A DNA stretch of 64,000 nucleotides from Caldisericia bacterium (GCA_028700655.1 JAQVSG010000004.1:1570-65569), one strand, 5' to 3'. Numbered from the stretch's first letter, positions 18,757 to 29,243 are shown. The notes: generated from the sequence alone by a model not told the origin. A program made the numbers and translations.

Positions 18757-20447
18757 GAATAAGAAAGTTATTTGTAGCACCTACCGTAAAGTTGTATATT
18801 GTGATCCTTCTCCTCGCGTTTCTGTCCTTTCCACCTTTTCCCTCTTATGCAAGTCAAGAGAATCGTACATGGAACGAAATGAAAATTGAAACGCAGTTAA
18901 TGCCTCTCTATGCTTTTACAAACAAAATATCGTATTTTGAATCCTCCAAAAATGGTCAGAAATTTGTTATACAGAGTACTGGCTTGAAAAGTGGGGAAAC
19001 ATTTGTTCATGTAGCAGATGCAGGAGGAACAAATGTAGAAGAAGTTTTTTCACCCGGAGTCTATACCGTTGAAAAGAAGACGATAACTTTCACTGCCATC
19101 CATCAGTTACCCTCTATATCAGGGGATGGTCGCTATGTTTGCATGGGGGTTCAATCCAATGAATCGTCAGCAACTAAAAAAACTGATTATATCCTTGTGT
19201 TTGATACAGTTACGAAAAAACAGGATTTTTTCCCCTTACGAATTTTGGTACCTGGCACCAATCAGGTCCTTTTTTCATCGTCCTTTCACCAAGTGCCAAA
19301 CATTGATATTGACCCGTCGGGAGAGTACATTACTGCACAAGTCGAAATTGGTTACATAACCCATGCTTCTTCCTGGACACAAACAGCAATTCTTGTCATG
19401 AATAGAAACGGTTCCAACCAAAAAGTAGTAGCCGGTCCTAAAGAATTTTCCAGAACACAACAATCCTTTGTATATAATGCCACTATTCATAGCCCCCATT
19501 TACCTAGGTTTGCACAAAAGAATTCAATTGTATTTTATGCACAACTCTTTGAGAATACATCTCCGTATGATTTAAGAGGAGAGCTTTTTGCATACGATCT
19601 TACCTCCGGTTTTTTAAACCAGCTTACTTCTTCACGAAGATTCGATCCTAAACCTGAAGAGTTAGGACCTTTTGTTCTCAATATGTACGGAACAAAAGTT
19701 TTCTTTAAAATGTTTGTTGAGGGAGTATCGATGGTCTCTTCTATTGCAACAGATGGCACTGGATTAACCCACATTATTCCTTTGCCCAAGGAAAGTCCCT
19801 TTTGTATCAGTGGCGATGGAAATAAGGTTTTCTTTATTGATGAACACAACCAAAATTCATTGGTCTATATTTCTCTACTCACCTCTGAAAAATTTTTCGT
19901 TCTAGATAAGACTACAACTGGAGAACCCTTACGAGGTTCCATTTACCATTCTTTAGACACCTCTTCTCTCCCCATTATTTCTCACACTACCTTTACCGGG
20001 AATACCATTTTTTATACGGTCTCCTCCCATACTTTTATCCGTTTGGATTTATTACCAAACATTATTGCACCTAGAAACGTTTCCTCTGTTTTTGAGAAAA
20101 ATCGATCGGTTATCATGATCAACGATAATCCCGTATCGGTCTTTTCAAGCCCCTATATCAAAAACAATCGAATCATGATCCCCTTATCCATTATCACAAA
20201 ATACTATGGGATGCAGTATTTTCCCAATTTAACTCGAGGCATCCTTCAGGTTACCTACAACGCCAATTACTATATCTTCTATACCGGTTCTGCAACCTAC
20301 ATAAAAAACGGGGCAAAGTACACTTTGCCACAACCTATTGAAATCAACCGCAATGAACCTTTTTTCCCCGGTGGTTCTGTACCCGATGTGTTTTCGTTTC
20401 AAATCCAATGGGATTCCATTACAGAATCCTTAACGGTAATTCGATAA
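18753..20447 (+). CDS. Exported PD40/TolB-like beta-propeller protein with C-terminal copper amine oxidase N-terminal-like domain
   Basis: Signal/anchor helix, PD40-like repeats ISGDGRYV, IDPSGEYI and ISGDGNKVFF, and C-terminal IMIPLSIITKYYGMQY. GTG start overlaps the upstream stop by 4 nt. Confidence 0.55.
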   Translation: MRIRKLFVAPTVKLYIVILLLAFLSFPPFPSYASQENRTWNEMKIETQLMPLYAFTNKISYFESSKNGQKFVIQSTGLKSGETFVHVADAGGTNVEEVFSPGVYTVEKKTITFTAIHQLPSISGDGRYVCMGVQSNESSATKKTDYILVFDTVTKKQDFFPLRILVPGTNQVLFSSSFHQVPNIDIDPSGEYITAQVEIGYITHASSWTQTAILVMNRNGSNQKVVAGPKEFSRTQQSFVYNATIHSPHLPRFAQKNSIVFYAQLFENTSPYDLRGELFAYDLTSGFLNQLTSSRRFDPKPEELGPFVLNMYGTKVFFKMFVEGVSMVSSIATDGTGLTHIIPLPKESPFCISGDGNKVFFIDEHNQNSLVYISLLTSEKFFVLDKTTTGEPLRGSIYHSLDTSSLPIISHTTFTGNTIFYTVSSHTFIRLDLLPNIIAPRNVSSVFEKNRSVIMINDNPVSVFSSPYIKNNRIMIPLSIITKYYGMQYFPNLTRGILQVTYNANYYIFYTGSATYIKNGAKYTLPQPIEINRNEPFFPGGSVPDVFSFQIQWDSITESLTVIR

Positions 20448-20448
20448 G

Positions 20449-21300
20449 ATGGTTTCCGTCCCACTTTCAGCCCAAAAAATGTTGGCTACTATGTCCAATC
20501 ATCCTCATATAACGGCTATTGAAACCGGCTTTCGTATGATCTATACAGCGGGACACAATGCTCAAAAAAAACATGCCGATATTGCAGTGGAATTTAAAGG
20601 GGACATTGATTTGGTTACAAATATTGATATTGAAACAGAAAAATTCCTCATTCACGAGATTCTACAGGTATTTCCAGACCATTCTATCATCTCTGAAGAA
20701 TGTGCTGATATAGAATCAAATAGTCCTTATTGTTGGATTATTGATCCCATTGACGGAACTACCAATTTTGCTCATCATCTTCCAATATGGGCCATTTCGA
20801 TCGCTTTTTACAAAAACCAACAACCAATTGCTGGATGGGTATATGCTCCCGAATTGAACCAGCTTTTTTTTGGTCTTTCTTCATATGGTTCGTGGTTGAA
20901 TTTCTCTCCTATTCACGTCAGCCCCATAGAAGATCTTTCTGCAGCACTACTGGCTACAGGATTTCCCTATGATATTCGCGATACTCCCTACACCAACCTG
21001 GATCTTTACGAGTATTTCTCCAAACGCTCACAAGCTGTACGACGTTTTGGATCAGCATCTCTTGACATCTGTTTTGTCAGTTGTGGAATGGTCCAAGGAT
21101 ACTGGGAACAAATGCTTCAATTATGGGACTTTGCTGCGGCTAGGATTATCCTAGAAGAAGCGGGGGGGAAAATAACCGATATGTACAATGCTCCTCTCCC
21201 TTTTTGCCCTTCTTCTGTCGTTTGTTCCAATCCGATCTTACACTCTACCATTGTTCGTGAGATTCATATAAGTGGAGCGGTATTACGGAACCATTTATGA
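20449..21300 (+). CDS. Inositol monophosphatase family phosphatase
   Basis: SEE metal site, WIIDPIDGTTNF, and GSASLDICFVSCG. These are classic IMPase/SuhB/CysQ-superfamily motifs. Confidence 0.85.
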   Translation: MVSVPLSAQKMLATMSNHPHITAIETGFRMIYTAGHNAQKKHADIAVEFKGDIDLVTNIDIETEKFLIHEILQVFPDHSIISEECADIESNSPYCWIIDPIDGTTNFAHHLPIWAISIAFYKNQQPIAGWVYAPELNQLFFGLSSYGSWLNFSPIHVSPIEDLSAALLATGFPYDIRDTPYTNLDLYEYFSKRSQAVRRFGSASLDICFVSCGMVQGYWEQMLQLWDFAAARIILEEAGGKITDMYNAPLPFCPSSVVCSNPILHSTIVREIHISGAVLRNHL

Positions 21301-24080
21301 AGAGAAATGTTCTTCTTTTTGTCATTATTGTTGGTCTGATTGGTTCTTTATTTCAAAACACTCGGATATCCTTTTCCCATTCTGATAATTTCTCAATTCC
21401 GCTTTCCCCTGGAGACTGGAAAAGTTATGGTAGAAACAGCAGTTTGTTGTGGAAACAAAAAGTACTTCTATGGAAACCAGGCCAAAAAAATGCTTCCATG
21501 GTTACAAAATTGGTACCCACCAATTGGTCTTCATTTCAAAAGCTTGTCATTGAATATTCCTCCAATCAAGCTACCGGGAATTGGATTACACTGATTGTAA
21601 GAGACCAGTCCAACCATATGAAATTTACATATTTTACCATTGATTCCACACAAAATGCAACGGTATCCTTCTCACTTCATGAACTTTTTGCTGCGTTTGG
21701 AGGAGACCGTGTGTTTTACTGGAACCAAATCGAATCTCTTGCTATTTGCTCACATCCATCTGCTGATCAGAATATAGACACTCTCGAGATTCAATGGCAC
21801 CAGATTTCTCTCAGTACAGAACCTCCTGCTTCTGATGACCCTTTTCTTTTTCAGCTTACCGAACCCATTCAATCCGACAAAGGCATCCTCTTTCTAAAAC
21901 GAGATTTCCCGATACTCCAAGAAAAATTTCATACAGATACCCGGCTACAGAACATTCTCTCTTATGCAAAATCAAGCCCCTCTCCTTCGGTTTCTACTGA
22001 ACACCTGCGAAATCTTGTGTTTCAGTATGTATTCCAAAAGCAAGGAAATAGGGATGACATTCTACACTATGCGAATGAAATTCAACCTAGGTATTGGGAT
22101 CAAATTCAAGCCCAAAATGATATTTTCGTACAAGAACATGCCATTCACTACTTGATTTCGATGGAATTACTGCAAACCATTACAGATCTACCTGATCCCC
22201 TGCAACAGGTATTCCAGCTCAACCTTCAAACGCTCTGTGACCTTGAATACGAAACCTGTCAAAAATGGATCCATCATTATCCCTATGGAAAAGGTAACAA
22301 TCATGTAACAAGAGCGGCTAGTCTTTTAGGCTTATGTTCCTTGTATCTGGAACCATCCGAAAAACAAAATCAATTCTTACAGTTTTCCCTCCAAATCCTT
22401 CATCATTATTTTCAATTTCAAATATCTGACGATGGTGTATTAAACGAAGGCACCCACTACTACACATATCTATTGGAAATTTTCACATACTTTGCATATG
22501 GTTTGAAAAACACTATTGGTCTGAATCTATTCCAAGACTTTCCTTTTTCAAAACGTCTACAATCAATGGTTGAGTGGGCAATATCCATTCAAAAACCCGA
22601 CGGGTACCTGCCTTCTATTGATGATTCTTGGCAAACACGAGTGATTTTTCCGTTTCGATATCTTATCCCTTTTTTCCCCACAGAGGCAGGTTTCTTTCTC
22701 TGGGCCTCTACCTGTTACCAAAATCAAGAACCGTTTGAAAATGAACCGTGGAATATTGTGAAAAGCTTGTACATTCCTTTCTCTCTTTTGTCAGCCATAG
22801 ACAGCGACAATACAGTGCCCGTCCAACCTTCTCGCAAAAGTGTTTTTTTCCCTCATGATTCGGATATTTTGTTTCGATCGATGGATCAAGATATTGAAAC
22901 CTATTTGCTATTCTTGGGCAAAAAGAATTCTTCTTTACACGAACAAAACGATACGGGTCAAATACTTATCCATAAAGGAGAACTACCTCTTTTGTTGGAG
23001 AGCGGTTATGGGCCTTTTGGATGGACGTCTACACATCGTACATACTATGTTTCTCATGAAGCCCACAATGTGCCCATTGTGGATGGGATTGGTTCTGAAT
23101 CTTGGTACAATGGCGGTGTAGGCCCCATTGATACGTCCTTTATCCAAGACTATTTCTACAGTGACCTATTCTCTTTTTCTAGCATGGCTATTCAAATGCA
23201 AATTCATCATCCAGATGTTGTTTCCACAAGAAATGTTTTCTTCGTTCCTTCCTTTTCTTGTTCACACAACTCCATTTCCAAAAGGATCCCCACCTATACG
23301 TTCATGGTTGACATGTTCCAATCCAAAAATATCCACACCTACAGTTCCATTTTCCATCCCAATGGATCTTTGTACAATCAAAACGAAACAGGGATCCACC
23401 ATGCATTGCCTTCGAAACAACCTCAAAATCTTCATGTAGAAACTGTAAAAACTACCGACATTCATGAAAAAATGGGATGGTACTCTGCCTATTGGGAGCA
23501 TGAAATCCAAAAACCCTACTATCTATTCTCGAAAAAAGGCACATCGGTTTGTATTGAGTCACTACTTTCTGTTTCGGAGGCAAGCGTTTCCCCTTTTTCG
23601 ATACAACGAAATTCTTCGAAAATAGGGATTGAATATTCAATTCTACCCACATCCCAAGATACTCGACCCTGGACACAAGACGTTTTTATGATCAATGACA
23701 AAAAAAGCATGGCCAAGGGGGACGTTATATCTACGAATGGAACTTTCTGTTTTTCTCGAATGGAAGAGGATACTCCCTTTCCAACTTCCTATTTCGTAAC
23801 CAATGCAAGCTATTTAAACATCCATCAAAACGCTCTGTTTTATGCCACCTCAAAAATTGATCAAATTCTCCACTACGTCACGTATTCCCCTGCAAAAAAG
23901 AAAACATGGAATTTTGAAATCCATGTGAAACAAGAAAAAATGGTTCTTCACTTTTATGTCCCTCCTTTGGAAACCATCCAAAGAGTAATGCTTGACAAGG
24001 AAGAACTACTTTTCCAGCAAAACAATAATAAGATTTCAGTGACACTGCAATCTGGAAAACATTTTTTGACATTTGAATGA
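21297..24080 (+). CDS. Large exported heparinase II/III-like (alginate-lyase-fold) protein
   Basis: N-terminal signal anchor. Central GNNHVTRAASLLG and DGVLNEGTHYYTY.., PDGYLPSIDDSW. C-terminal SLHEQNDTGQILIHKGELPLLLESGYG ... EAHNVPIVDG resembles the Hepar_II_III C-terminal pattern. Assigned from memory only. Confidence 0.55.
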   Translation: MKRNVLLFVIIVGLIGSLFQNTRISFSHSDNFSIPLSPGDWKSYGRNSSLLWKQKVLLWKPGQKNASMVTKLVPTNWSSFQKLVIEYSSNQATGNWITLIVRDQSNHMKFTYFTIDSTQNATVSFSLHELFAAFGGDRVFYWNQIESLAICSHPSADQNIDTLEIQWHQISLSTEPPASDDPFLFQLTEPIQSDKGILFLKRDFPILQEKFHTDTRLQNILSYAKSSPSPSVSTEHLRNLVFQYVFQKQGNRDDILHYANEIQPRYWDQIQAQNDIFVQEHAIHYLISMELLQTITDLPDPLQQVFQLNLQTLCDLEYETCQKWIHHYPYGKGNNHVTRAASLLGLCSLYLEPSEKQNQFLQFSLQILHHYFQFQISDDGVLNEGTHYYTYLLEIFTYFAYGLKNTIGLNLFQDFPFSKRLQSMVEWAISIQKPDGYLPSIDDSWQTRVIFPFRYLIPFFPTEAGFFLWASTCYQNQEPFENEPWNIVKSLYIPFSLLSAIDSDNTVPVQPSRKSVFFPHDSDILFRSMDQDIETYLLFLGKKNSSLHEQNDTGQILIHKGELPLLLESGYGPFGWTSTHRTYYVSHEAHNVPIVDGIGSESWYNGGVGPIDTSFIQDYFYSDLFSFSSMAIQMQIHHPDVVSTRNVFFVPSFSCSHNSISKRIPTYTFMVDMFQSKNIHTYSSIFHPNGSLYNQNETGIHHALPSKQPQNLHVETVKTTDIHEKMGWYSAYWEHEIQKPYYLFSKKGTSVCIESLLSVSEASVSPFSIQRNSSKIGIEYSILPTSQDTRPWTQDVFMINDKKSMAKGDVISTNGTFCFSRMEEDTPFPTSYFVTNASYLNIHQNALFYATSKIDQILHYVTYSPAKKKTWNFEIHVKQEKMVLHFYVPPLETIQRVMLDKEELLFQQNNNKISVTLQSGKHFLTFE

Positions 24081-25030
24081 TAAATACTACATTTGTCTTA
24101 AAATTCTCTAAGGAGTCTCTTTTGGAAAAACTTGTGCATGATATTCTGACCCTCAAAGAGGCACAAAATGCTTGTATTTTAGCGCATAATTATCAGCCTG
24201 GAGACATACAAGATATAGCCGACTTTGTGGGTGATTCATTGGAGTTAAGCAACATTGTTACGCACTTGCCTAATCCCACGATTGTGTTTTGTGGTGTTTC
24301 GTTTATGGCAGAAACAGCAAAGATATTGTCTCCAGAAAAAACAATCCTTTTACCAGAACCTACTGCCCTTTGCGACCTAGCAGAATCAATACACAAAGAA
24401 GATCTTCAACAGCTGAAAAAACAATACCCTCATGCATCTGTTGTCTGTTACGTTAACTCCTCGATAGAAACAAAAGCACTTAGTGATTATTGTTGTACTT
24501 CTGCAAATGCATTGAAGATTGTGGAATCGATCCCTGCCGATACAATTATCTTTATTCCAGATCAAGGTTTAGGTTCCTGGATACAAGAAAAATCTCACAA
24601 AGAAATCATTCTTTATCCTGGCAGTTGCCCCATCCATTTCCTGTTGGATCCCCATGAAATTTCACGCACTTGGGAGCACTACCCCAAAGCTGCCTTAATC
24701 ACTCATCCTGAAGCAAACAAAGCAGTGCGAGATATGAGTACGTATGTAGGAGGAACAGGTGGAATGATTCAATATGCTGGTGAAACATCCTTCGACACAT
24801 ACCTAGTAGCCACCGATATTGGAATGATTCATCGATTGTCCAAAGAATATCCTACAAAACGCTTTATCCTTGCTGCGGAAAAAATTGAATGCAAAGATAT
24901 GAAATCAATATCTCTCCAAAAAATCCACTACTCTTTGCTGCATAACTATTCTCCAATCGAAGTTGACCCCTCTGTTGCAATAGCTGCAAAAAGAGCCATT
25001 CAAAATATGATGGATATCCAACAAAAATGA
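24077..25030 (+). CDS. nadA: Quinolinate synthase
   Basis: ILAHNYQ, VGDSLELS, and three-fold repeat architecture of ~317 aa. Followed by nadB and nadC with 4-nt overlaps. Confidence 0.9.
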   Translation: MINTTFVLKFSKESLLEKLVHDILTLKEAQNACILAHNYQPGDIQDIADFVGDSLELSNIVTHLPNPTIVFCGVSFMAETAKILSPEKTILLPEPTALCDLAESIHKEDLQQLKKQYPHASVVCYVNSSIETKALSDYCCTSANALKIVESIPADTIIFIPDQGLGSWIQEKSHKEIILYPGSCPIHFLLDPHEISRTWEHYPKAALITHPEANKAVRDMSTYVGGTGGMIQYAGETSFDTYLVATDIGMIHRLSKEYPTKRFILAAEKIECKDMKSISLQKIHYSLLHNYSPIEVDPSVAIAAKRAIQNMMDIQQK

Positions 25031-26619
25031 AGAAAACTACTACCAATTTCTTTGATGTGATTATTATTGGCACTGGTATTTCTGGTCTCTATACAGCGTA
25101 TCATATAGACCCGAGCAAAAAGGTTCTTCTCATTTCAAAAGAGAGTGTAAAAAACTGCAATACTCGAAAAGCTAAGGGAGGTATGGCAGCTGCCCTATAC
25201 GGACCTGACAACCCTTCATCACACCTAGAAGATACAATGAAAGCAGGAGGGTATTTAAATAGCGAAAAAGCAGTCGATGTTTTAACCAAAGAAGTAGTAG
25301 ACCGTATTCATGAACTGGCAAACGATGGTTTTGTGTTTGACAAAGATCCCACCTCAGGCCATTATAATATGGGTTTAGAAGGATGCCATAGTCATCGAAG
25401 AGTTCTTCATTCGCAAGGTGATCGAATGGGTGTCGCTATTTTTAATTTTCTCTATGAAAAAGTAGAATCCCTTCCAAACACAACCTTTTTAGAACATACC
25501 GAATTGACGGATATTATTACAGAAGACAACGCCTTACAAGGAATACAAATCCACTCTTCTCAACTTGGTGAAACCAACCTTTACTGCCATTCTTTGGCAA
25601 TCGCTTCAGGAGGTTATTCTGGGATCTATAAGCGGAATACCAGTGATAAAAGTTTTTTTGGCAATGTTCTCACAATTGCGTACAAAGCTGGGATTGGCCT
25701 TACCGATCTTGAATTCATTCAATTCCATCCCACTGTTTTTGTAAAAGAAGATTTTGAAACCCTTCTCATGTCTGAGGCAATACGAGGAGAAGGAGCTATT
25801 TTGCTTAACCCGCATCATGAAAGTTTTATGCATCGTTATCACCCAGATGCAGAATTGGCTTCTCGGGATATTGTCAGCCAGTCGATGTGGAAAGAATCTC
25901 TGCGATGCAAATCGCAAGACTTTTATTTGGATTTACGACCTATCGGAAAAGAGACAATTCTTCGGTTGTTTCCAGAAGTATACGACAATTGCTTGCTTCG
26001 AGGCATTGATATCATTCAAAATGTTGTTCCTGTTTTCCCTGGGGCACATTACTCCATGGGAGGCATTTACGTTGATCTGTTTGGAAAAACAAATGTAAAG
26101 GGGATTTATGCCATTGGCGAATGCAGTTGCAATGGCACTCATGGTGCCAACAGGCTGGCGTCCAATTCGTTGATCGACTCGTTGGTGTTTGGAAAACGAA
26201 CAGCGCAAGCTATAAATGATCAACCAGCATTGCATCTTTCTTTAGAGAATACGATAAAGGCATCACCCGCTACCATAGTACCCACTCCTTTTTCTAAAAC
26301 ACAGATCCAACAAATGAACTGGGATTTTCTTGGCATCATGAGAAATCAAGATCAACTTGAACACTACCTTTCCCTTTTACAACCCTATATGGAAGATAAC
26401 TATTGGTATTCCACAGCAAAAGAAAATGGTATTGATGCTTGTCAATTGTCCTATCTACTATCATGCAGTGCTTTGCTCCGCAAAGAATCTAGGGGAGCAC
26501 ATTTCAGAACAGACTATCCAGAAGAAAACCCGATGTATTCCCATTCTTTTTTGCTGCAAAAGTCGTCCGATTCATTTTTTCCCACTGTCCAAAAAATCAA
26601 CTATAAAGAGGAGAAGTGA
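25027..26619 (+). CDS. nadB: L-aspartate oxidase
   Basis: DVIIIGTGISGL FAD fold, IQFHPT, HYSMGGI, GANRLASNSLIDSLVFG, and ESRGAHFR. Confidence 0.9.
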   Translation: MKKTTTNFFDVIIIGTGISGLYTAYHIDPSKKVLLISKESVKNCNTRKAKGGMAAALYGPDNPSSHLEDTMKAGGYLNSEKAVDVLTKEVVDRIHELANDGFVFDKDPTSGHYNMGLEGCHSHRRVLHSQGDRMGVAIFNFLYEKVESLPNTTFLEHTELTDIITEDNALQGIQIHSSQLGETNLYCHSLAIASGGYSGIYKRNTSDKSFFGNVLTIAYKAGIGLTDLEFIQFHPTVFVKEDFETLLMSEAIRGEGAILLNPHHESFMHRYHPDAELASRDIVSQSMWKESLRCKSQDFYLDLRPIGKETILRLFPEVYDNCLLRGIDIIQNVVPVFPGAHYSMGGIYVDLFGKTNVKGIYAIGECSCNGTHGANRLASNSLIDSLVFGKRTAQAINDQPALHLSLENTIKASPATIVPTPFSKTQIQQMNWDFLGIMRNQDQLEHYLSLLQPYMEDNYWYSTAKENGIDACQLSYLLSCSALLRKESRGAHFRTDYPEENPMYSHSFLLQKSSDSFFPTVQKINYKEEK

Positions 26620-27452
26620 TGAAACCTCAACGATTCACACGTACAATTGCTTCGTTTCTGGAAGAAGACCAACCTTATGGTGATCCAGCTTCCTCATTTA
26701 TTCCCGAAGACCATCTCTCCAAGGGGTTTATTAGAGCTCAGCAGGAAGGGTTTTTGTGTGGAGAATTCTTACTGCGACCATTTTTTCATTTCTTGGATCC
26801 CACCCTCAAGATTCAGAGTTACTTTCACGATGGTGACGCTGTGCAACCGGGGGATATTGTTGCACATATAGAAGGAAAAACTCAATCCATTCTTCAAATG
26901 GAAAGAATCGTTCTCAATTTGCTTTCTTATTTATCTGGCATTACTACCAAAACAAAACGGTTTTCAGCCATTACCAATGCGTATGGAGTATCTTTGTTGG
27001 ATACCAGAAAAATCCTTCCCGGATATCGATCGTTCGTGAAATATGCTGTTCAATGTGGTGGGGGTTGTAATCATCGCAATAGTCTATCGGATCTTATTAT
27101 GCTTAAAAACAACCATATCAAGGCTTTGGGTGGCATTGAAAAAGCTCTTGAACATGTTCGCAAAACAAACTTTCTCCCCATGCTTAAGATTGAAATAGAA
27201 GCAGGCAGTCTAAAAGAAGCATTGGCGTCTTTACCTTTCAACCCAGACATCATCATGCTTGATAATTTTACAGTAGAAAAAGCAGAAGAAGCAATGTTCT
27301 TCTTACGGGGGAAAACACACATCGAAATTTCTGGAAATATGCAGGAAGATACCATCGAATCCTACGCAAAACTTAGGCCGGATTTTATCTCTGTAGGATC
27401 GGATTTAACTTACGATGTTGCTTCCATATCATTCCATTTACGGCTCGAATAA
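26616..27452 (+). CDS. nadC: Nicotinate-nucleotide diphosphorylase (carboxylating)
   Basis: LLDTRKILPGYR, GGGCNHR, MLKNNH, and MLDNF motifs of QPRTase. Confidence 0.9.
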   Translation: MMKPQRFTRTIASFLEEDQPYGDPASSFIPEDHLSKGFIRAQQEGFLCGEFLLRPFFHFLDPTLKIQSYFHDGDAVQPGDIVAHIEGKTQSILQMERIVLNLLSYLSGITTKTKRFSAITNAYGVSLLDTRKILPGYRSFVKYAVQCGGGCNHRNSLSDLIMLKNNHIKALGGIEKALEHVRKTNFLPMLKIEIEAGSLKEALASLPFNPDIIMLDNFTVEKAEEAMFFLRGKTHIEISGNMQEDTIESYAKLRPDFISVGSDLTYDVASISFHLRLE

Positions 27453-27453
27453 C

Positions 27454-27498
27454 CGGATACTCGATCATTCCCAATGAGGGGTGATCGAGTATCCTTTT
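27454..27498 (+). terminator. Intrinsic terminator after nadC
   Basis: 13-bp perfect stem GGATACTCGATCA (27454-27466) / TGATCGAGTATCC (27482-27494), followed by TTTT. Confidence 0.75.
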
Positions 27499-27508
27499 AC
27501 ATAGGGTC

Positions 27509-28336
27509 CTATCCGCTTCGTTTCAGTTTACCGTTCTTTTTTGCCCATGCTTCCGCTTTAGAAAATAGTATGACCCCTACAGGAATGAAGATAAAGCTCA
27601 TCACTACCAAAGGCCAAATATTATCCATTTGGGTCCAAAAAGAAGAACCCTCCAGTATCGTGTTTCGTATCCCTCGCAATGCATACGTTGCAGGAGAACC
27701 TTTTGCAACAAATTGCATCCAGGTTGGTAAAATGCCTATATCGTAGTACACACCGGAAAACATCAACAAGATAGAACTGAAAATTCCCACCATTTGGGCT
27801 CCCTTTTCGGGGGAAATAAGCGGAAGTACTGCAGCGCAAATGCCAAGTCCCATAAAGGAAAAACTGGCAATAACCAGCAACAAAAAAGCAGCTCCATAAT
27901 TAGCGCCAACCAACTGGATATCGAAGAACAATGTTAACACCAACAGGATAAAAACTGTACGAAGTAACGCATACAGTGCTGCATAACCACACACACTTAA
28001 AAGATGAGTAACTCGCTTCACGGGAGCCATAAAAGTATACTCAATAGTATCTTCCCATCGCTCCCAGGAAACCGTTTCCGAAACCACCTCAAAGACCACC
28101 GACAAATACCCCCATAATATAGACCCCAAAAGCATGTACATTGTAATGTAATCGGTATTCACCTCTACATTGGAAAAGCTTCCAGTCCACTTGCCAATAA
28201 AACCAATACTGACTGCATTGGCTATTGTCCAAAGGAGAAAAACTACTTCCCATTTCCAATATCTCTTTGTAAGGTTAAAATTACGGTTTACAAAGGAGAT
28301 TCCTGCTCGTAGTTCATGAATAAATCCTTCTCTCAT
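27509..28336 (-). CDS. ABC-2 type transporter permease
   Basis: About six hydrophobic helices and ABC-2 (DrrB/NodJ-like) length and layout. 4-nt overlap with the upstream ATPase gene. Confidence 0.8.
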   Translation of the reverse strand: MREGFIHELRAGISFVNRNFNLTKRYWKWEVVFLLWTIANAVSIGFIGKWTGSFSNVEVNTDYITMYMLLGSILWGYLSVVFEVVSETVSWERWEDTIEYTFMAPVKRVTHLLSVCGYAALYALLRTVFILLVLTLFFDIQLVGANYGAAFLLLVIASFSFMGLGICAAVLPLISPEKGAQMVGIFSSILLMFSGVYYDIGILPTWMQFVAKGSPATYALRGIRNTILEGSSFWTQMDNIWPLVVMSFIFIPVGVILFSKAEAWAKKNGKLKRSG

Positions 28337-29124
28337 GCTACAATCTCCTTTTCTGCCTCTGAGAAATCCACTCCTGTAAAATGAAGGAATACATCTTCAA
28401 AGGTTGGTTTTTGTTCTGCCTGTGGCAATTGTTCCATTAAAAAATCAGGATCCCCATCTACAACAACCTTGCCATTGTGAATGATCGCTACTTTGTCACA
28501 CATTTTTTCAGCTTCCGCCATGTCATGCGTAGTTAACACAATGGTAACATCCAATCGCTCTCTCATGATACGAATGAGTTCTTGTACTTCTAATTTTGCT
28601 CTTGGATCAAGCCCAGTCGTAGGTTCATCTAGCAAAAGAACAGGTGGTTGTGTGATCAAAGCTCTTGCAATGGCAACTTTTTGTTGCATACCGCGGGAGT
28701 AGTCTCGAATTCGCTCATTCAACCTTTTACGATCCAAACCAATTCGGTCTGTAATCTCAAAAATACGTTGTATTGCACTCTTTCGAGGAATTCCATAGAG
28801 CCCTGCTGAAAATAGTAAATTTTCAAACGCAGATAGATTTCTAAAAAAACTAGCTTCCACCGACACTCGATTGATTAGCCATTTAACATCATTGGATTGG
28901 GTTTTTACATCTCGTCCCAAAATCCTCAGTTCTCCCGAATCTGGAATTAACAGTGTGGAGGCAATGCGAATAAAAGTAGACTTCCCAGAACCATTCGGAC
29001 CGAGCAACCCATATACGGTGTTTTTTGGGATACATAAATTAACATCCTGTAAAGCCTTTACAGGCTTCTTGTTTTTGCGCAGAAAGTTTTTGCAGATCAA
29101 ATTTGCTTCCAATGCATATGTCAT
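28333..29124 (-). CDS. ABC transporter ATP-binding protein (DrrA/NatA-like)
   Basis: Walker A GLLGPNGSGKST, signature-like YSRGMQQKVAIARAL, Walker B LLLDEPTTGLD, and H-loop TTHDM. Start set at ATG 29124, 8 nt after AGGAG. Confidence 0.9.
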   Translation of the reverse strand: MTYALEANLICKNFLRKNKKPVKALQDVNLCIPKNTVYGLLGPNGSGKSTFIRIASTLLIPDSGELRILGRDVKTQSNDVKWLINRVSVEASFFRNLSAFENLLFSAGLYGIPRKSAIQRIFEITDRIGLDRKRLNERIRDYSRGMQQKVAIARALITQPPVLLLDEPTTGLDPRAKLEVQELIRIMRERLDVTIVLTTHDMAEAEKMCDKVAIIHNGKVVVDGDPDFLMEQLPQAEQKPTFEDVFLHFTGVDFSEAEKEIVA

Positions 29125-29150
29125 AGTACTTACTCCTACATTCATAACGG

Positions 29151-29243
29151 TTACATATAGATGGGATAAATGAAACTGTAGTTAATATGATACAGCATCC
29201 AGTTTTTCCAATTGATAACGTTTGGTTGTCTCATTTTAAACAT
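29151..29243 (-). CDS. Candidate 30-aa aromatic-rich cationic peptide (MFKMRQPNVINWKNWMLYHINYSFIYPIYM)
   Basis: GAAAGGAGGA (29259-29250) lies 6 nt before ATG 29243. TAA stop at 29151, 26 nt upstream of the ABC ATPase start. Too short to appear in the ORF track. Confidence 0.35.
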   Translation of the reverse strand: MFKMRQPNVINWKNWMLYHINYSFIYPIYM

